Assembly: GCF_006345805.1 (NCBI RefSeq) | Contig: NC_042999.1 | Span: forward strand, 85,188,001 to 85,252,000 | Source: Octopus sinensis | Taxonomy: Eukaryota | Direction: 5' to 3' | Length of the DNA: 64,000 nucleotides | Shown here: positions 52,154 through 64,000 of the stretch, in pieces | Numbering within the stretch: position 1 is the stretch's first letter | Layout: each line of letters opens with the position of its first letter | Notes under the pieces: generated by a model | What the model saw: only the letters and a program-made list of their open reading frames with translations | Database searches by the model: none | Told to the model about the DNA's origin: nothing | Program-made: the position numbers and the translations under genes

Positions 52154-52239
52154 CTTAAATGTGCAAAGTATAATGAACTAAAGTCGATATTATTGAAATT
52201 GTACCTAACTGAAAATTTAATTATTCTATTTCTAACCAG

Positions 52240-52411
52240 GTTGACACAACTTTGTTATTAAACGACTGCTCAAAATCGATAACTTGTTTGGCTAATCAAA
52301 ATATCAAGGAAAGTTCTCCCTGCCCGAAAGGATCCAGTTGTTTAGTTGAATCAGGTACACGTGTATGCAAATGCCCGAAAGGCTCCGCCCCCATCAATGG
52401 AGAATGCAGAG
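52240..52411 (+). CDS. TILa/VWC-like plus EGF-like cysteine-rich exon (VDTTLLLNDCSKSITC...CPKGSSC...CKCPKGSAPINGECR)
   Basis: TCTAACCAG acceptor, G|GTACGT donor, 172 nt, phase 0-1, seven cysteines. Confidence 0.85.
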
Positions 52412-53211
52412 GTACGTAGAAAGATGTGATATTGATTGTTGTTATATACTTGATCGATTGTGTAATCGCTGTTTAATATGTACTCTTCTTTATTGCCCCA
52501 GCATAGCTGGTATTAGTTTGTTTCACTTGTTACGCAGTGGTATTAGTTTGTTTCACATGAAATGTCGCATTTTAATTATTTGTTATTTCAGTCATTTAAA
52601 AACTCAATTAAGTATGCCTTGCATTTGACTCTTGACTCTTTTTCTTTACCATCAATATTGGTATACAAAATTCGTACCTACAGACCTTATAAAAACGGTA
52701 ACAACCAAAGTATGTTGAGTGATTTTCTCGTATGAGTACAAGCTGAGTCACTCTACCGCAGAAGCTCTACGGAATATCAAGTAGGCCTTTGGTAATGGTT
52801 TAGTTGACATCAGAAATGTTCAGAATTGGTTCCAAAGCTCTCGTTCAGGAGATGATAGCCTTGAAAATAAAACAAGATGTAGGCCAAAATCAGTTATTCG
52901 ACATGATGGTTTAAATGCTTTGGTTGAACAAAATTCGAGAACAAAGGTTCGAAAACTGTCATCAGAACTACAGTAATCTAACACAATTGTTTTTGGACAC
53001 CTGTAAAAAATTGGAAAAGTCAAGAAAACAGATAGGATATTTCCGTCTTCCCATCCTTGGACTTTTCCTTTTTTTTCTATATTTCTGACATGGAGCTCCA
53101 CTCGAAACGTTACATCCTCCTTCTTTCCTTCCTTTCCTGAGCGTCCAATAACACTATACTTGTTCCACGTCCTCGTGTTGTGTTTTCTCTTTGTTCATGT
53201 TTAGATTAAAT

Positions 53212-53279
<68 letters not shown>

Positions 53280-53377
53280 GTGTATTCTTTTTTATCGGTG
53301 GTGGTGTTGGGTGTGGTGGATGTCCTCTTGGTTCCGGGTTTTAGTAGAGAGGGTTGTTCCAGATAAGGATATATGTA

Positions 53378-53413
<36 letters not shown>

Positions 53414-53606
53414 TGTATGTATGTATGTATGTATGTATGTATGTTTGTATGTATGCATATATTGTATTTATATTAATGTCGATAAGACATTATTTTCCAT
53501 TTTAACGTATTCGTCGACTTCCGTGACTCTCTAGAATTGTAGACATTTTCACTTGTGATCACTCATACTTGAAATATTGTTTGATTTTTGATATATTGAC
53601 TTCTAG

Positions 53607-53717
53607 TTGATCCGTGTGCCGCAAACCCATGCAAGAATGGAGGAGAGTGCAAAAGTAATGGCAATTCGTACAAGTGTACATGCAAGGCTGGATATTCTGG
53701 GACAAATTGTGATACAG
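53607..53717 (+). CDS. EGF-like exon 5 ([37 protein letters not shown])
   Basis: TTCTAG acceptor, CAG|GTAAG donor, 111 nt. Confidence 0.93.
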
Positions 53718-54370
53718 GTAAGAAATTATTACAAACTTACGAATAAATATGTATTTCCTTGATCTATAAAATAGTAGATACTTCTTAAATGATTCTGCTA
53801 TTGTTAAAGTGGTTACCATTTTAAAACGCAACCACTTAAACAATAGCAGAATCACCATTCCGCTACATCTACAAATTCAAAGCAGTGGATCACCATCCCA
53901 CTACCACTGCACATTCAAGGAAGTTTGACAACGGTCCTTAAGTAACAAAACACTTTGATAAACTCAGTAGCGACGACAAACTTCATGCCACGACATACAG
54001 AGAGAATGCTCTTGAAGCCGAGAATTTGAACTTACGGAGACAATATTTACATATCGCCTGAGGAAACACAGCTAGATCTCATAATGCAGGGAAACGGTTG
54101 CGTAATGAAGTAGCTTCACGCTTGGAGGACTACGTTGTGTACAAATAATTGCAGTGATTGAAAACAAATGTCCGCCATGATTCATCGCTAAAATCGACAA
54201 GTTTTTATATTCTTTCTCTGCTTATTTCTCCATAATCCTTTGTGCTGAAAAGCCTAGGTTCGAAACGTAAAAGACTTTCTCACTTTCCCGAGGGTGAAAC
54301 TAATGCATCTGCTTGGTGTTCATACACCAGTCTTCGTCTTTTGTTTTTCTATAAATTTCAACTATATATA

Positions 54371-57062
54371 CCGATCCTACCCAGCCAAGCACAGTGGTCG
54401 AATCCATCTGGATTTCAATTGTGCGCAGCCCCCATTTCAGGGTCAAATTCACCCCTTTCAGCACCGTGTCTAATTCGGCGACATTGATGAGGTTGAAGTC
54501 ATCTGCTTTCCGAAGCCAGGCCGCGTCCTCCACCGCAGCACCTTCGATTGCCAACACAACCCCTATCGCTATACTGCTAGCATCACACCAGACGGTCCCG
54601 CATTCCGTCTTGGGCACGTCCTCTTCCGCTCTCGTACTCTCTAGAATTTCCTGAATCATCTCCTAACTTGTCGCCTCAACTCTCCCCCTCCGCTCATCTC
54701 TTGGTGTAACTGCACGCCGTGCGCAGCCCTCCAGCGATCGGGTAGTGACCCACCAACTTCCCACACACCGAGAACAGGTCTCTCCTGCTGACGCTGGAAC
54801 TCAGCTCTGGGATTTCATTCAATCTCCGGAATATCAATTCACCCGATCTATCTCTTCGCAGCTTCAGCCCCAGCGCGGCGCCCCCTTCCATCGACTCCGG
54901 TGGCTTCGCAATCAGTCCGAACTTCTCCAGATATCTAACTACCTCGTTGGCTGGCACTACAGTTTCGTCCACCAAAATGTCGTCAATGTAGGAGCTGGTG
55001 GCCTTTCTAATCTTGCCGTCTTTCCCTAGGACGGATTTAAGCACTGCCGCCATGATCTTCGGAGCGGAATTCAGCCCGAAACCCAGCCTGGTTAAACAGT
55101 ACGTCCGGCCTTTGTACCGCACCAGCTGATATCACCGCAGTTTGTTGCTCACATGGAGCTGCAAGTATGCCGATTTCAAGTCGACAATCGTCGCTGCCTT
55201 CGTTCTCCACGCACGTAACGTCTCGCCACAAACGTCTGTCGCCTCGCCTCCCGTGTGACACGATATATGCTGGTTTAGCTCCCTGAAGTCCAGCACCGGT
55301 CTGACTTTTCCCTTGGTAGGCTGCACCACCGCCATCAGGGGTAGCACTCCGCCCGCTACATCCTCCTCCTCCTCCTCCTCCTCCTCCTCCCAAGGGACAA
55401 GGACCCTTTCCTCGATCCACCTCTCCACCTCGTCTTCAAACTCAACCCTGACGTGACCTTTCAGGGTATGCTGGTAACAGCTCACTCTGTTTTTCAGCAT
55501 CGGGAGGTCGTCCTTCCATCGCCACTCTATCGTCCACCGCTGACCATCGAACGCCGCCTGAAAGTCTTTGTCCTCGATGGTGTAAGCGGCGCAGTCCCTC
55601 GCGGGGCTCTGCTCTCTCTGGCGTCCCTGACTCGCAGTGCTCGACGCCCCCACGCTTCCGAACGTGACCTCATCTCCCACAATACTGACGCCACCTAGGC
55701 GGTTGATGGCGTCCATCCCCATCACCACATCAACCCCATCTATCACGTGTTCAGTCACAATTACCTGCAGCCTTAGCGTCGCGCCGCGCACCACTATCTC
55801 TACATTGCTACCGCCTCTGCAACGGATTTCGCTGCCGTCGACCGCCCAGACGCTACTTGCCCCGTTCCATTTCTTCGTCACCCTTGAAGTCACAAGGGTG
55901 GTCGTACAGCCCGTATCCACGAGAGCCTTGAACGTCTTCCCCTCGGTCTCCACGTCAATTAATGGCAGCGTCTCCAATAGCGCCTCTATTCGTTTGCGGG
56001 GAAAGTTCGAGAGGCAGCAACTTCCCCGCGGTCGTTTCCCTGGTCGGAATCACGGGCGATGTGCCCTGTCTGCCTGCATCGATAGCAAACGGGTCCCGGT
56101 TGCGTACAGTCCCGCGCCATGTGCGACCCCTGACATCTAAAACACCGACCTGAGAACGGCCGCTGTCGTTGCATGGTAGGCTTCTGTACGTCTTTCTCCG
56201 GTCGTCGTCCATCTTTACGCACCTCCGTCACCGCCATCGCTATCGCCTTCCGCCCAGAGTGTCGCGTCAACACGCGGGCTTGAGTCACAAGTTCGCTCAG
56301 CGCCATCTTTTTAATCCCGGGCAATCGTTGTAGGTGAATCCCTAAATCGTTGGGGAACCCATTTACAAACGCCAGTCGTGCTGCTCTCTCCAGCCCTTCT
56401 CCTGTAAACCCAGCCATTGTCGCTAACCTTCGAACTTCTGCCGCGTACTCGTCCACCTGTCCTCCCGTCCATCTGATCGTACCCAGCTTAGCAAAAGCTG
56501 TGTGTTCACACTCTGTGTAGGCATCCCTCAGACGTTGCTTTATCTTTTCCTCGCTCAGACGTTCTTCCTCGTCCATCTCAAGATATAGCATCAACGCGCT
56601 CCCTTCCAAATACAGCGCCATAAGACTTGCCACATCGCTTATACCTTGCAGTCTTGCCACCAGCCTGTTTTTACAAATCCAGGCCACTACATCGCCTTCA
56701 CCATTAAAGGGTCTGATGATGTCGCTGGCGATCCTGATTTTCGCTGCCATCATGGTGACGTCTTATATGGAGCGACGAAATAGCCTGTGGTGTATGCGAG
56801 AGATTCGAAATAAAGGCACCTACCTTCTCTTCGCTCAGATGGAGACCCTTCAGCAGTAATGGATCCTTCAACACAGCCCGACCCGAACGCTAGAGATAGC
56901 AGCTACTTCTCCCGAACCTTAACAACGTGCTGACCCGTCTTACCCGCTCGGTGACCTGACTCGAAAAGGCAGGATTCTGCCTTCGCTGCGCGCGCGTCAC
57001 CGCTCCCCTTCCAGTCAGCCCCAAGTTCCGGTCAGCTCCCCAGCTGCTGACGTCATCCCACA
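54371..57062 (-). mobile_element. Gypsy/Ty3 LTR retrotransposon, truncated in RNase H (5' LTR, gag, protease, RT, partial RNase H)
   Basis: gag 55986-56753 with CCHC-type zinc knuckles; ALVDTG protease; VRPVLDFRELN, DLKSAY and SYIDDILV RT motifs; CDASS..AELD..DS RNase H. One nonsense codon at ~55132; no integrase or 3' LTR. Confidence 0.92.
56786..57062 (-). repeat. Probable 5' LTR (277 bp)
   Basis: Bounded by TGTGG...CCACA terminal inverted repeats, ~33 nt upstream of the gag ATG; no second LTR to confirm. Confidence 0.6.
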
Positions 57063-57688
57063 TCTTTTATACATAAATACACATACACACACATAATATC
57101 GGAAATCAAAAGTAAAAATAAAAACAACATAATTGAAAATAGTGTACACTAAGTTAACGCTCAGTGTAAGATGGCAAAAAGTGACAGTGTAGCGTTTGGA
57201 GAATGGTTCTTTCTGAGAAGTAGGATAGAGGAAAGATGTAAGAGAAGTAAAATAATTTACCAAGAAAACCTGGTAGGTGTTTACATGGCTGAAGTGATCG
57301 CAAATGGAGAAAGTGGTTTTGTCGGCACGAGTTTGCAAAAATGGTGAGAGAGTGTGTGTGTGTGTGAGTTTGCGTTCACTTGAGTGATGTATATGTGAGG
57401 AGTGGGCTGACGGGTTATTGGGAGTTGTTAGATTTGGCGGTGAGAGGCGAGGTGACATGTGTAAGACTGCATTGAATTTTGCTGTGAATGTGCGTGTGTG
57501 CATGTCTACGTATGAGTATGTGTCTGTGTGTGTGTGTACGTGTGTGCTTGTGTACGCGTGCATATGCATGTTTGCGTATGCGTATGAGTATATATGCTAC
57601 TATGGGTGAAGGGTTATTTTTGTATTGTAGGTTCTGGAATCGTGTGTATGTGTGTGTGTGTATATATATGTATGAATACACACACATA

Positions 57689-57749
<61 letters not shown>

Positions 57750-57779
57750 GCTACTACTACTAAAAGTATGATAGTATAA

Positions 57780-58640
57780 AAGAATATAGAGGAAAAGAAT
57801 CTTCTAATATAAATTCACTTCTTTAAATAAAAAATGGCTGTATCAGAAGGGTTGTATGAAGATAAGTTAATAGTGAGAATAGATTTAAAGGTAACTAGAT
57901 GAAGAAAGAAGTTGGTTGTAGCTTTTGTAGTAATTAATATATTTAATACGTTTTTCTCTACTTCTGTAAGCAATTCATAATATTATTAGTTTTACCACAG
58001 TTAAATTATATTAGGTGAAAATGTTAAGGATTATCTTAAAAATTAGTTTAGAAACAAATACTTGGTATGCCACAAAATATAGTTCAAGTAGGTGTTGGGA
58101 GAATGCATGAGAGAGAACACTGACATTAATTAATGAAAAATTCACACGACATAATATCAATGACGAGGAAGACAATTACTGAACTGGAAGTTAAATTCTG
58201 GTCAAGGAAAGATAGGCTTTATAACATTGATATAACCATGGAATGTAGTGACTCAGCACAATTTACTGATTTAGTGGGTATTTTTATTTTACACTATTTC
58301 AAAAACAAATTTCCCAAAAATAGTGATTTTATTGGGACGACGCTGTTTATGTATTCGATGCTTTTTATTTGGATGCTGTTGATTATAGTAAAGTAGTACA
58401 AGAGAGAAATACGAAAAACTCAGAAACATTTCTTAATACCTTAGGACTTTCTTTAAAGCAGGACTATTACATAGCAATTATTCTAAACGTTACATTCGAC
58501 ATTGTCTCTGGGCTTTATCATCCCTATCAAAGCGAAAACTTAAAATATATTAATAAAACCCAACGAAAACCTGCAATACGTCACTGAAAGCTCCAACCAG
58601 CCTAGAACAGTGATAAAATCTGTAATTAGTCGTGTTAAAT
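57780..58640 (+). mobile_element. Degenerate Penelope-like RT remnant
   Basis: TMECSDSAQFTDLVGIFIL parallels PMGSSDSAEITNLVGAYLL of element 2; xLNVTFDI..G.YHPY segment follows. Confidence 0.6.
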
Positions 58641-58649
58641 TTAGAATGT

Positions 58650-59990
58650 TCATGTTTTATATCACTACAAAAGTAATAATCTAATGTAGTGTGTTTTTTA
58701 ACACCATTACATGTTTCCTCCATACAAATATTAAATTGCCCGATGCTTAATCTGCTTGCACTATAAGCTATATTTATTCATTTATTACTTTAAGTGTTAT
58801 TTGACAATTTTTATCAGTTATATTTCAGATTTTTTGTATTTGGTTTTCTACCGATACACAATAGACTATACAGTCTGAATAAAGAAAAGTACGTTGTCAA
58901 CACATATAGTGTTGAGTTTTTTTTACTGTTAATAGCTGCTTTAATATCCATTAAATTAAATGGAATATGCAAACTTTACAGTATGTCTTGCTAACTCTGC
59001 GACAGGAAGAAAAATGTTTGTCAACTAAAGAGATTTTCTCTCAGAAATCGGAACTTTATAATACCGCTTCATCTAGGACAGGATATGCAGAAAACATCTA
59101 TTATATTCTGGAAAGTAATTCAGAAGAGATACCTATGGACAGCGGGCAGTACTCGCAATAGTATGACACATTGAATATCAAAGGAATATGAATTATTTCA
59201 ATACGTAGACATATGAATAGGATTTCTTATACGAGAGTCAGAGATAGAAGAAATAAGAAGACAGTCTTCATAGCGAGCTACGAAAATTGCCTTCCAAATA
59301 AAAAAAGCGAATTATCTATATAACTTTATTGTTTTCCGTGAATGCCGTGCTAAATATCCAGGTAAATCGGAGACTGGACCTCAGTTAGGCACATATAAAA
59401 GGAATAAGTATAGTAACATTGAGTTTAACCTCAAGAACAATCGAAGAATTTCGTACATTTACGAGGGAACTGACACACGTAAGAAACAGCTATATTAATA
59501 TAAATGAAGTAAACAAAGTTAATGGAACTAGATTACGAACAGAAATATGACTTTGTATACTATTCCCTACAGAATTCAGATAGGCATGGACATCCCGGGA
59601 ATTTTCTGTAAGGCATTTGACAAACATTTTTCTTCTGTCGCAGAGATAGCAAGACATACTGTGAAGTTCGCATATTCCATTTATTTAATGGATATTAAAG
59701 CAGCTATTAACAGTAAAAAAAACTCAACACTATATGTGTTGACAACGTACTTTTCTTTATTCAGACTGTATAGTCTATTGTGTATCGGTAGAAAACCAAA
59801 TACAAAAAATCTGAAATATAACTGATAAAAATTGTCAAATAACACTTAAAGGAATAAATGAATAAATATAGCTTATAATGCAAGCAGATTAAGCAGTGGG
59901 CAATTTAATATTTGTATGGAGGAAACATGTAATAGTGTTAAAAAAACACACTACATTAGATTATTACTTTTGTAGTGATATAAAACATGA
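58650..59990. repeat. Long inverted repeat (~335-bp arms at 58650-58985 and 59655-59990)
   Basis: Arms are near-perfect reverse complements separated by ~670 bp. Confidence 0.85.
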
Positions 59991-60094
59991 AATAGTTGCA
60001 AAAGAGACCGAGATAATGGAAATGAGATCAAGGCTTAAAGTGCTTGTTGTCTCCGGCTCCCTTTCAGTCTCTCGCTTTTTATCTCCATGTCATC

Positions 60095-60160
<66 letters not shown>

Positions 60161-60173
60161 ACAGGTAGGCGCA

Positions 60174-60217
<44 letters not shown>

Positions 60218-60346
60218 TATATATATATATAAACAGGTAGGCGCAATATAAAATCCTAAATAGAAAACTTTAAACGTCATTAATTCTGACTGAGGGTGCC
60301 AAAGCACCTATATTGCACACGAAATAAAAGTTATAAACTCTTCATG

Positions 60347-60386
<40 letters not shown>

Positions 60387-61646
60387 CAGGGGTTGGAAAA
60401 AATAATGGAAACACCTTGCAGCGTAGCATCCTAATTTTGAAATATCTATAAAACCGTAAAAAGCTTGTATATTTTTACGTTTTTTTTTTTTATTTACTAT
60501 TAGTGTTGCTTAATATGTTTTGCTAAAATAGCTGTTTCTTTTCAATATCACCAGAAAAAAGTAATTAAGTTCATCAAAATGACAGATCTATCGGACTATC
60601 TAATCGGTCAAATTGTTGGTGCTCGTATGACAGACGCTAGTGTAACGAAACGGCTGAAATGTTTGGTGTATCAAGAAGTACTGTCTCGCAAATAATGACA
60701 CCCTTTGAGAAAGCTGGAAAAACCTCTTCGTCGAAGCAAAACACTGGAAGAAAACCAAAACTTTCAGATCGGGACCGTCGGACTCTTACACAAATTGTTA
60801 GAAAGGATCACAAAAGTACAGCTTCCAAAATTACTGCAGAGCTTAATGACCACCTCAAGAACCCAGTCTCCACAAAAACTGTTCGCCGGGAGCTGCACAA
60901 AGGCGGATTTAACAGGAGGGCTGCAATCAGAAAATCACTACTTTCAAAAACAAACGTTGCAAATCGTTTAGAGTGGAGTAAAACCCAACTGAACTTGTCC
61001 CTAGAGCAGTGGAAGAATGTTATTTTCTCGGACAAGTCATCCTTTAGCTTATTTCCGACCACCGCTGAGTATATGTGTGGAGACAGCCAAAAGAAATATT
61101 TGACTCAGACTGCCTTCTTCCAAATGTTAAACATAGAGGAGGATCTGTGATGATGTGGCGGGGGAGGCCATATTTTGGAAATCCGCCAGCCCGATGGTTT
61201 CCCTTCATGGTAGAATTAATAGTCACAATTATTTAAGCATTTTATCTGATCAAATTCATCCTATTGTTGCGGAACTGTTTCCGGAGGGAAACGCAATCTT
61301 TCAGGATGATAATGCACCAATTCACACAGTTAAAGTGGCACGAGGAACATTCTAGTGAAGTTGAACATCTTATTTGGCCACCACAGTCCCCAGATCTCAA
61401 TATTATTGAAAATTTATGGGACATTTTAGAAAAACAACTAAGGAGTCGATATCCTCCACCGTCATCATTACAAGAACTGGAGACTGTTCCAGCTGAAGAA
61501 TGGACAAAATTCCTTTGGAAACAATTCAAACTGTACGAGTCTATACCTCGCAGAATTCAAGCTGCAATTACTGCCAAAGGCGGTCCTACTCCATATTAAA
61601 ATAAATTTGTTTGAAATTTTAAGGTGTTTCCATTTTGTCCAACCCC

Positions 61647-61648
<2 letters not shown>
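60387..61648 (+). mobile_element. Near full-length Tc1 (DD34E) transposon with inactivated transposase
   Basis: TIRs CAGGGGTTGGA.AAAATAATGGAAACACCT / AGGTGTTTCCATTTTGTCCAACCCCT with flanking TA; GRKPKLS, WKNVIFSDKS, FQDDNAP and WPPQSPDLNIIE motifs spread over several frames. Confidence 0.92.
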
Positions 61649-61691
<43 letters not shown>

Positions 61692-61692
61692 A

Positions 61693-61750
<58 letters not shown>

Positions 61751-61826
61751 CATACACACATATATACATACACACATACATACACACAGACATACATACA
61801 CACACATACATACATACATACATACA

Positions 61827-61862
<36 letters not shown>

Positions 61863-61952
61863 CACGTCCTTACGTTGATACACAATTACTCAGATATACA
61901 AAGCGTACATCTTCAGTTTTTCTTAAAGGAATGTGTGAAACTTTCTTTGCAG

Positions 61953-62203
61953 TTATTCCCGATTGTGTGTGTAAAGTATCAGGCGATCCACATTATGCCA
62001 CATTTGATGGTCAGCTCATACATTTCATGGGAACATGTAAATATACTCTTGCATCAACAACAAAAGGCTCCTCATTGATGGCCTTCAGTGTAGAAGCGAA
62101 AAATGAACATCGCTTTAATAATAAGAAGGTTTCGTACATTCGCATGGTTGATGTTAAAGTGAATGGTGTAACACTTCGCTTGTTACCAGGTCACACAGTT
62201 TTG
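61953..62203 (+). CDS. VWD domain exon a, copy 2 (xIPDCVCKVSGDPHYATFDGQLIHFMGTCKYTLAS...)
   Basis: TTTGCAG acceptor, TTG|GTAAGT donor, 251 nt, phase 1-0, open frame, GDPH motif. Confidence 0.93.
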
Positions 62204-63410
62204 GTAAGTAGATTTTATATATTTGTTAGATGAACGTCAAATTAGAGGAAGTAAACCAGCAAACTACTTAAGCGGAAGGAAAAGGCGGGAAATGAGTGGT
62301 ATATATGTGTTAAGATTTATTGAGGACAAATTGAAGACAACAGTTGCTGATATTATAAATTATGAGTAATCTCATTCTAAATGATCAAACTCCGAGATAA
62401 AGCAATTGTTTTAAATTTCAGTAAACATTTGAAATCTTTAATAATAGTAAAGATAACCTATTTCAGTTTAGAATACTGTTCGACCAAATAAAGGGCGTAA
62501 TGTTCGAATTCTTTCATAAATTTGGTCTGTTGCATCAGTGTTTTAGATATAAGCTAGCGGAACTGACTGAAATCACACATATACAAATAGAAACAGACAC
62601 ACACACACGCACATATATATACACACACAAACGCACTCATATACACGCACGCATACATACATGCACAAACATTCTCTCTCTCTCTCACACACACACGCGC
62701 GCTACATTGGTAAATTATAAAGAATAAATTAATGAATGGCGACCAATAAACTGTTTTAGAATCTCAGCATGTAATTGATACGATACACTTTGTAAAGCAC
62801 TGATATGTAGGAAAGAGAAAGTAGTATGATATATTGTACTCACGTTAACTTATGGCACAAACAAATTTAGAAACATTTCTTGTAGTTCGGATGCATTATC
62901 ATGTGCCAACATACAAACAAAAGGAAGCTCATTAACGAGCAACCTACGACTATAACATACTCGATCAAATACATACATGTCCTTACATTTTTATATATTA
63001 GAATTATTTCTAGATGTAAGAAGCTGGTTTGTGATATAGAAACAAAATTCCACGTTAAGTGTTATATGCTGATCTTTAGGAACTTTTTAATGTTTCACTT
63101 ACAGATTAATTGCAGCCGAAATTGTGTGACAGCTCGAAAAACTTCGTTTTTCAATGTTATCATTTATATATTTACTAATATAACCAAATGCAGCGTTAAT
63201 TATTAGTATAAAGGCGAAGTTGTTATTTGGGGTAGAGGATATACAGATTTCGAAGCTGTTGTCCGTAAGTATTTGCTCAACTACGAAGTAAAGATATCAT
63301 CGCAGCTAACCACTATAAACTTACAAGATTTTATCTATTTTACATAAATATATCAAGCATGTTATGTTTATGCTTGGTAGAAGATTTGATGAAAAGTTTC
63401 CTTATTCCAT

Positions 63411-63633
63411 TATTGCCCATAAGGGGCTAAACATAGAGGGAACAAACAAGGACAGACAAAGGGATTAAGTCGATTACAACGACGCCAGTGCGTAACTGGT
63501 ACTTATTTAATCGACCCCGAAAGGATGAAAGGCTAAGTCGACCTCGGCGGAATTTGAACTCAGAACGTAAAGACGGACGAAATACCACTAAACAGTTCGC
63601 CCGGCGTGCTAACGTTTCTGCCAACTTGCCGCC
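63411..63633 (-). mobile_element. tRNA-derived SINE family 1 (best-preserved copy)
   Basis: Minus-strand head GGCGGCAAGTTGGCAGAAACG (A box), GAGTTCAAATTCC (B box), central GCCTTTCATCCTTTCGGGGTCGATTAAATAAGTACCAG. Confidence 0.82.
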
Positions 63634-64000
63634 CTGTGTAACAATATGTACGCATTCATTCAAGAGGTATCGTATCCCAGAGCATTGGTTTCTGTGGCTA
63701 GTAGATGGTTTCACATGGAAGCGCGTTAGGAAGTGAGTGCATTAGAAATTCACTACCGACCCACACGATATTATTCGCTTCATCTTTTACTACACTATGT
63801 TGATATATATATTTTTGCTATAGTTGTTCGATAGATGCTACTTGAAGGAGAGTCATCTTAAGCCTCTTTCTGTCTTTTGACTTGCGAGGCAGAGCTCCTC
63901 AGTAAAATAGTTTCATCTAATGTTTGTGGTTCACAAGAGGATCTTGTCGAGTTTAATGACAACGGGATGGATTTCCTGTATAGACCGCTCGAGTATCCAA

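Noticed and set aside
56765-56785. Primer-binding site of the Gypsy element
   Set aside because: No TGG start or recognisable tRNA 3' complement; cannot assign without a tRNA search.
59815-59940. CTGATAA...GAAACATGTA as a hammerhead in the inverted repeat
   Set aside because: No stem I complementarity and a mutated core; could be chance.
60270-60330. CTGACTGA-GGGTGC-CAAA-GCACC...GAAA as a hammerhead
   Set aside because: Core spacing is non-canonical and no stem I or stem III with an NUH triplet can be formed.

Overview
AT-rich, microsatellite-dense animal genomic DNA. The SINE families and repeat landscape point to an octopus or other cephalopod (inference). The window lies inside one large + strand multi-exon gene for a secreted, modular matrix/mucin-like protein (zonadhesin / FCGBP / alpha-tectorin-like). 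Visible exon order: VWA, EGF x4, VWD (2 exons), C8, cysteine-reduced TIL, TILa/EGF-like, EGF, second VWD. Domain modules are joined by phase-1 introns, and neither gene end is in the window. A ~3.0-3.3 kb unit carrying one EGF exon is tandemly triplicated (20.7-30.5 kb). Introns hold at least four Penelope-like elements, RTE, R4/Dong and CR1 LINE fragments, a truncated Gypsy LTR element with a -1 frameshift signal, Tc1/mariner elements, Helitron-type elements and two tRNA-derived SINE families. The least expected signal is a dense set of type I hammerhead-ribozyme motifs from several unrelated short non-coding families. Most sit in diverging inverted pairs next to (TA)n tracts, and one family is built from circularly permuted ~475-nt arms, suggesting retrozyme-like elements mobilised by Penelope-like elements. 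All alignments, translations and folds were done by eye; no database searches were run.
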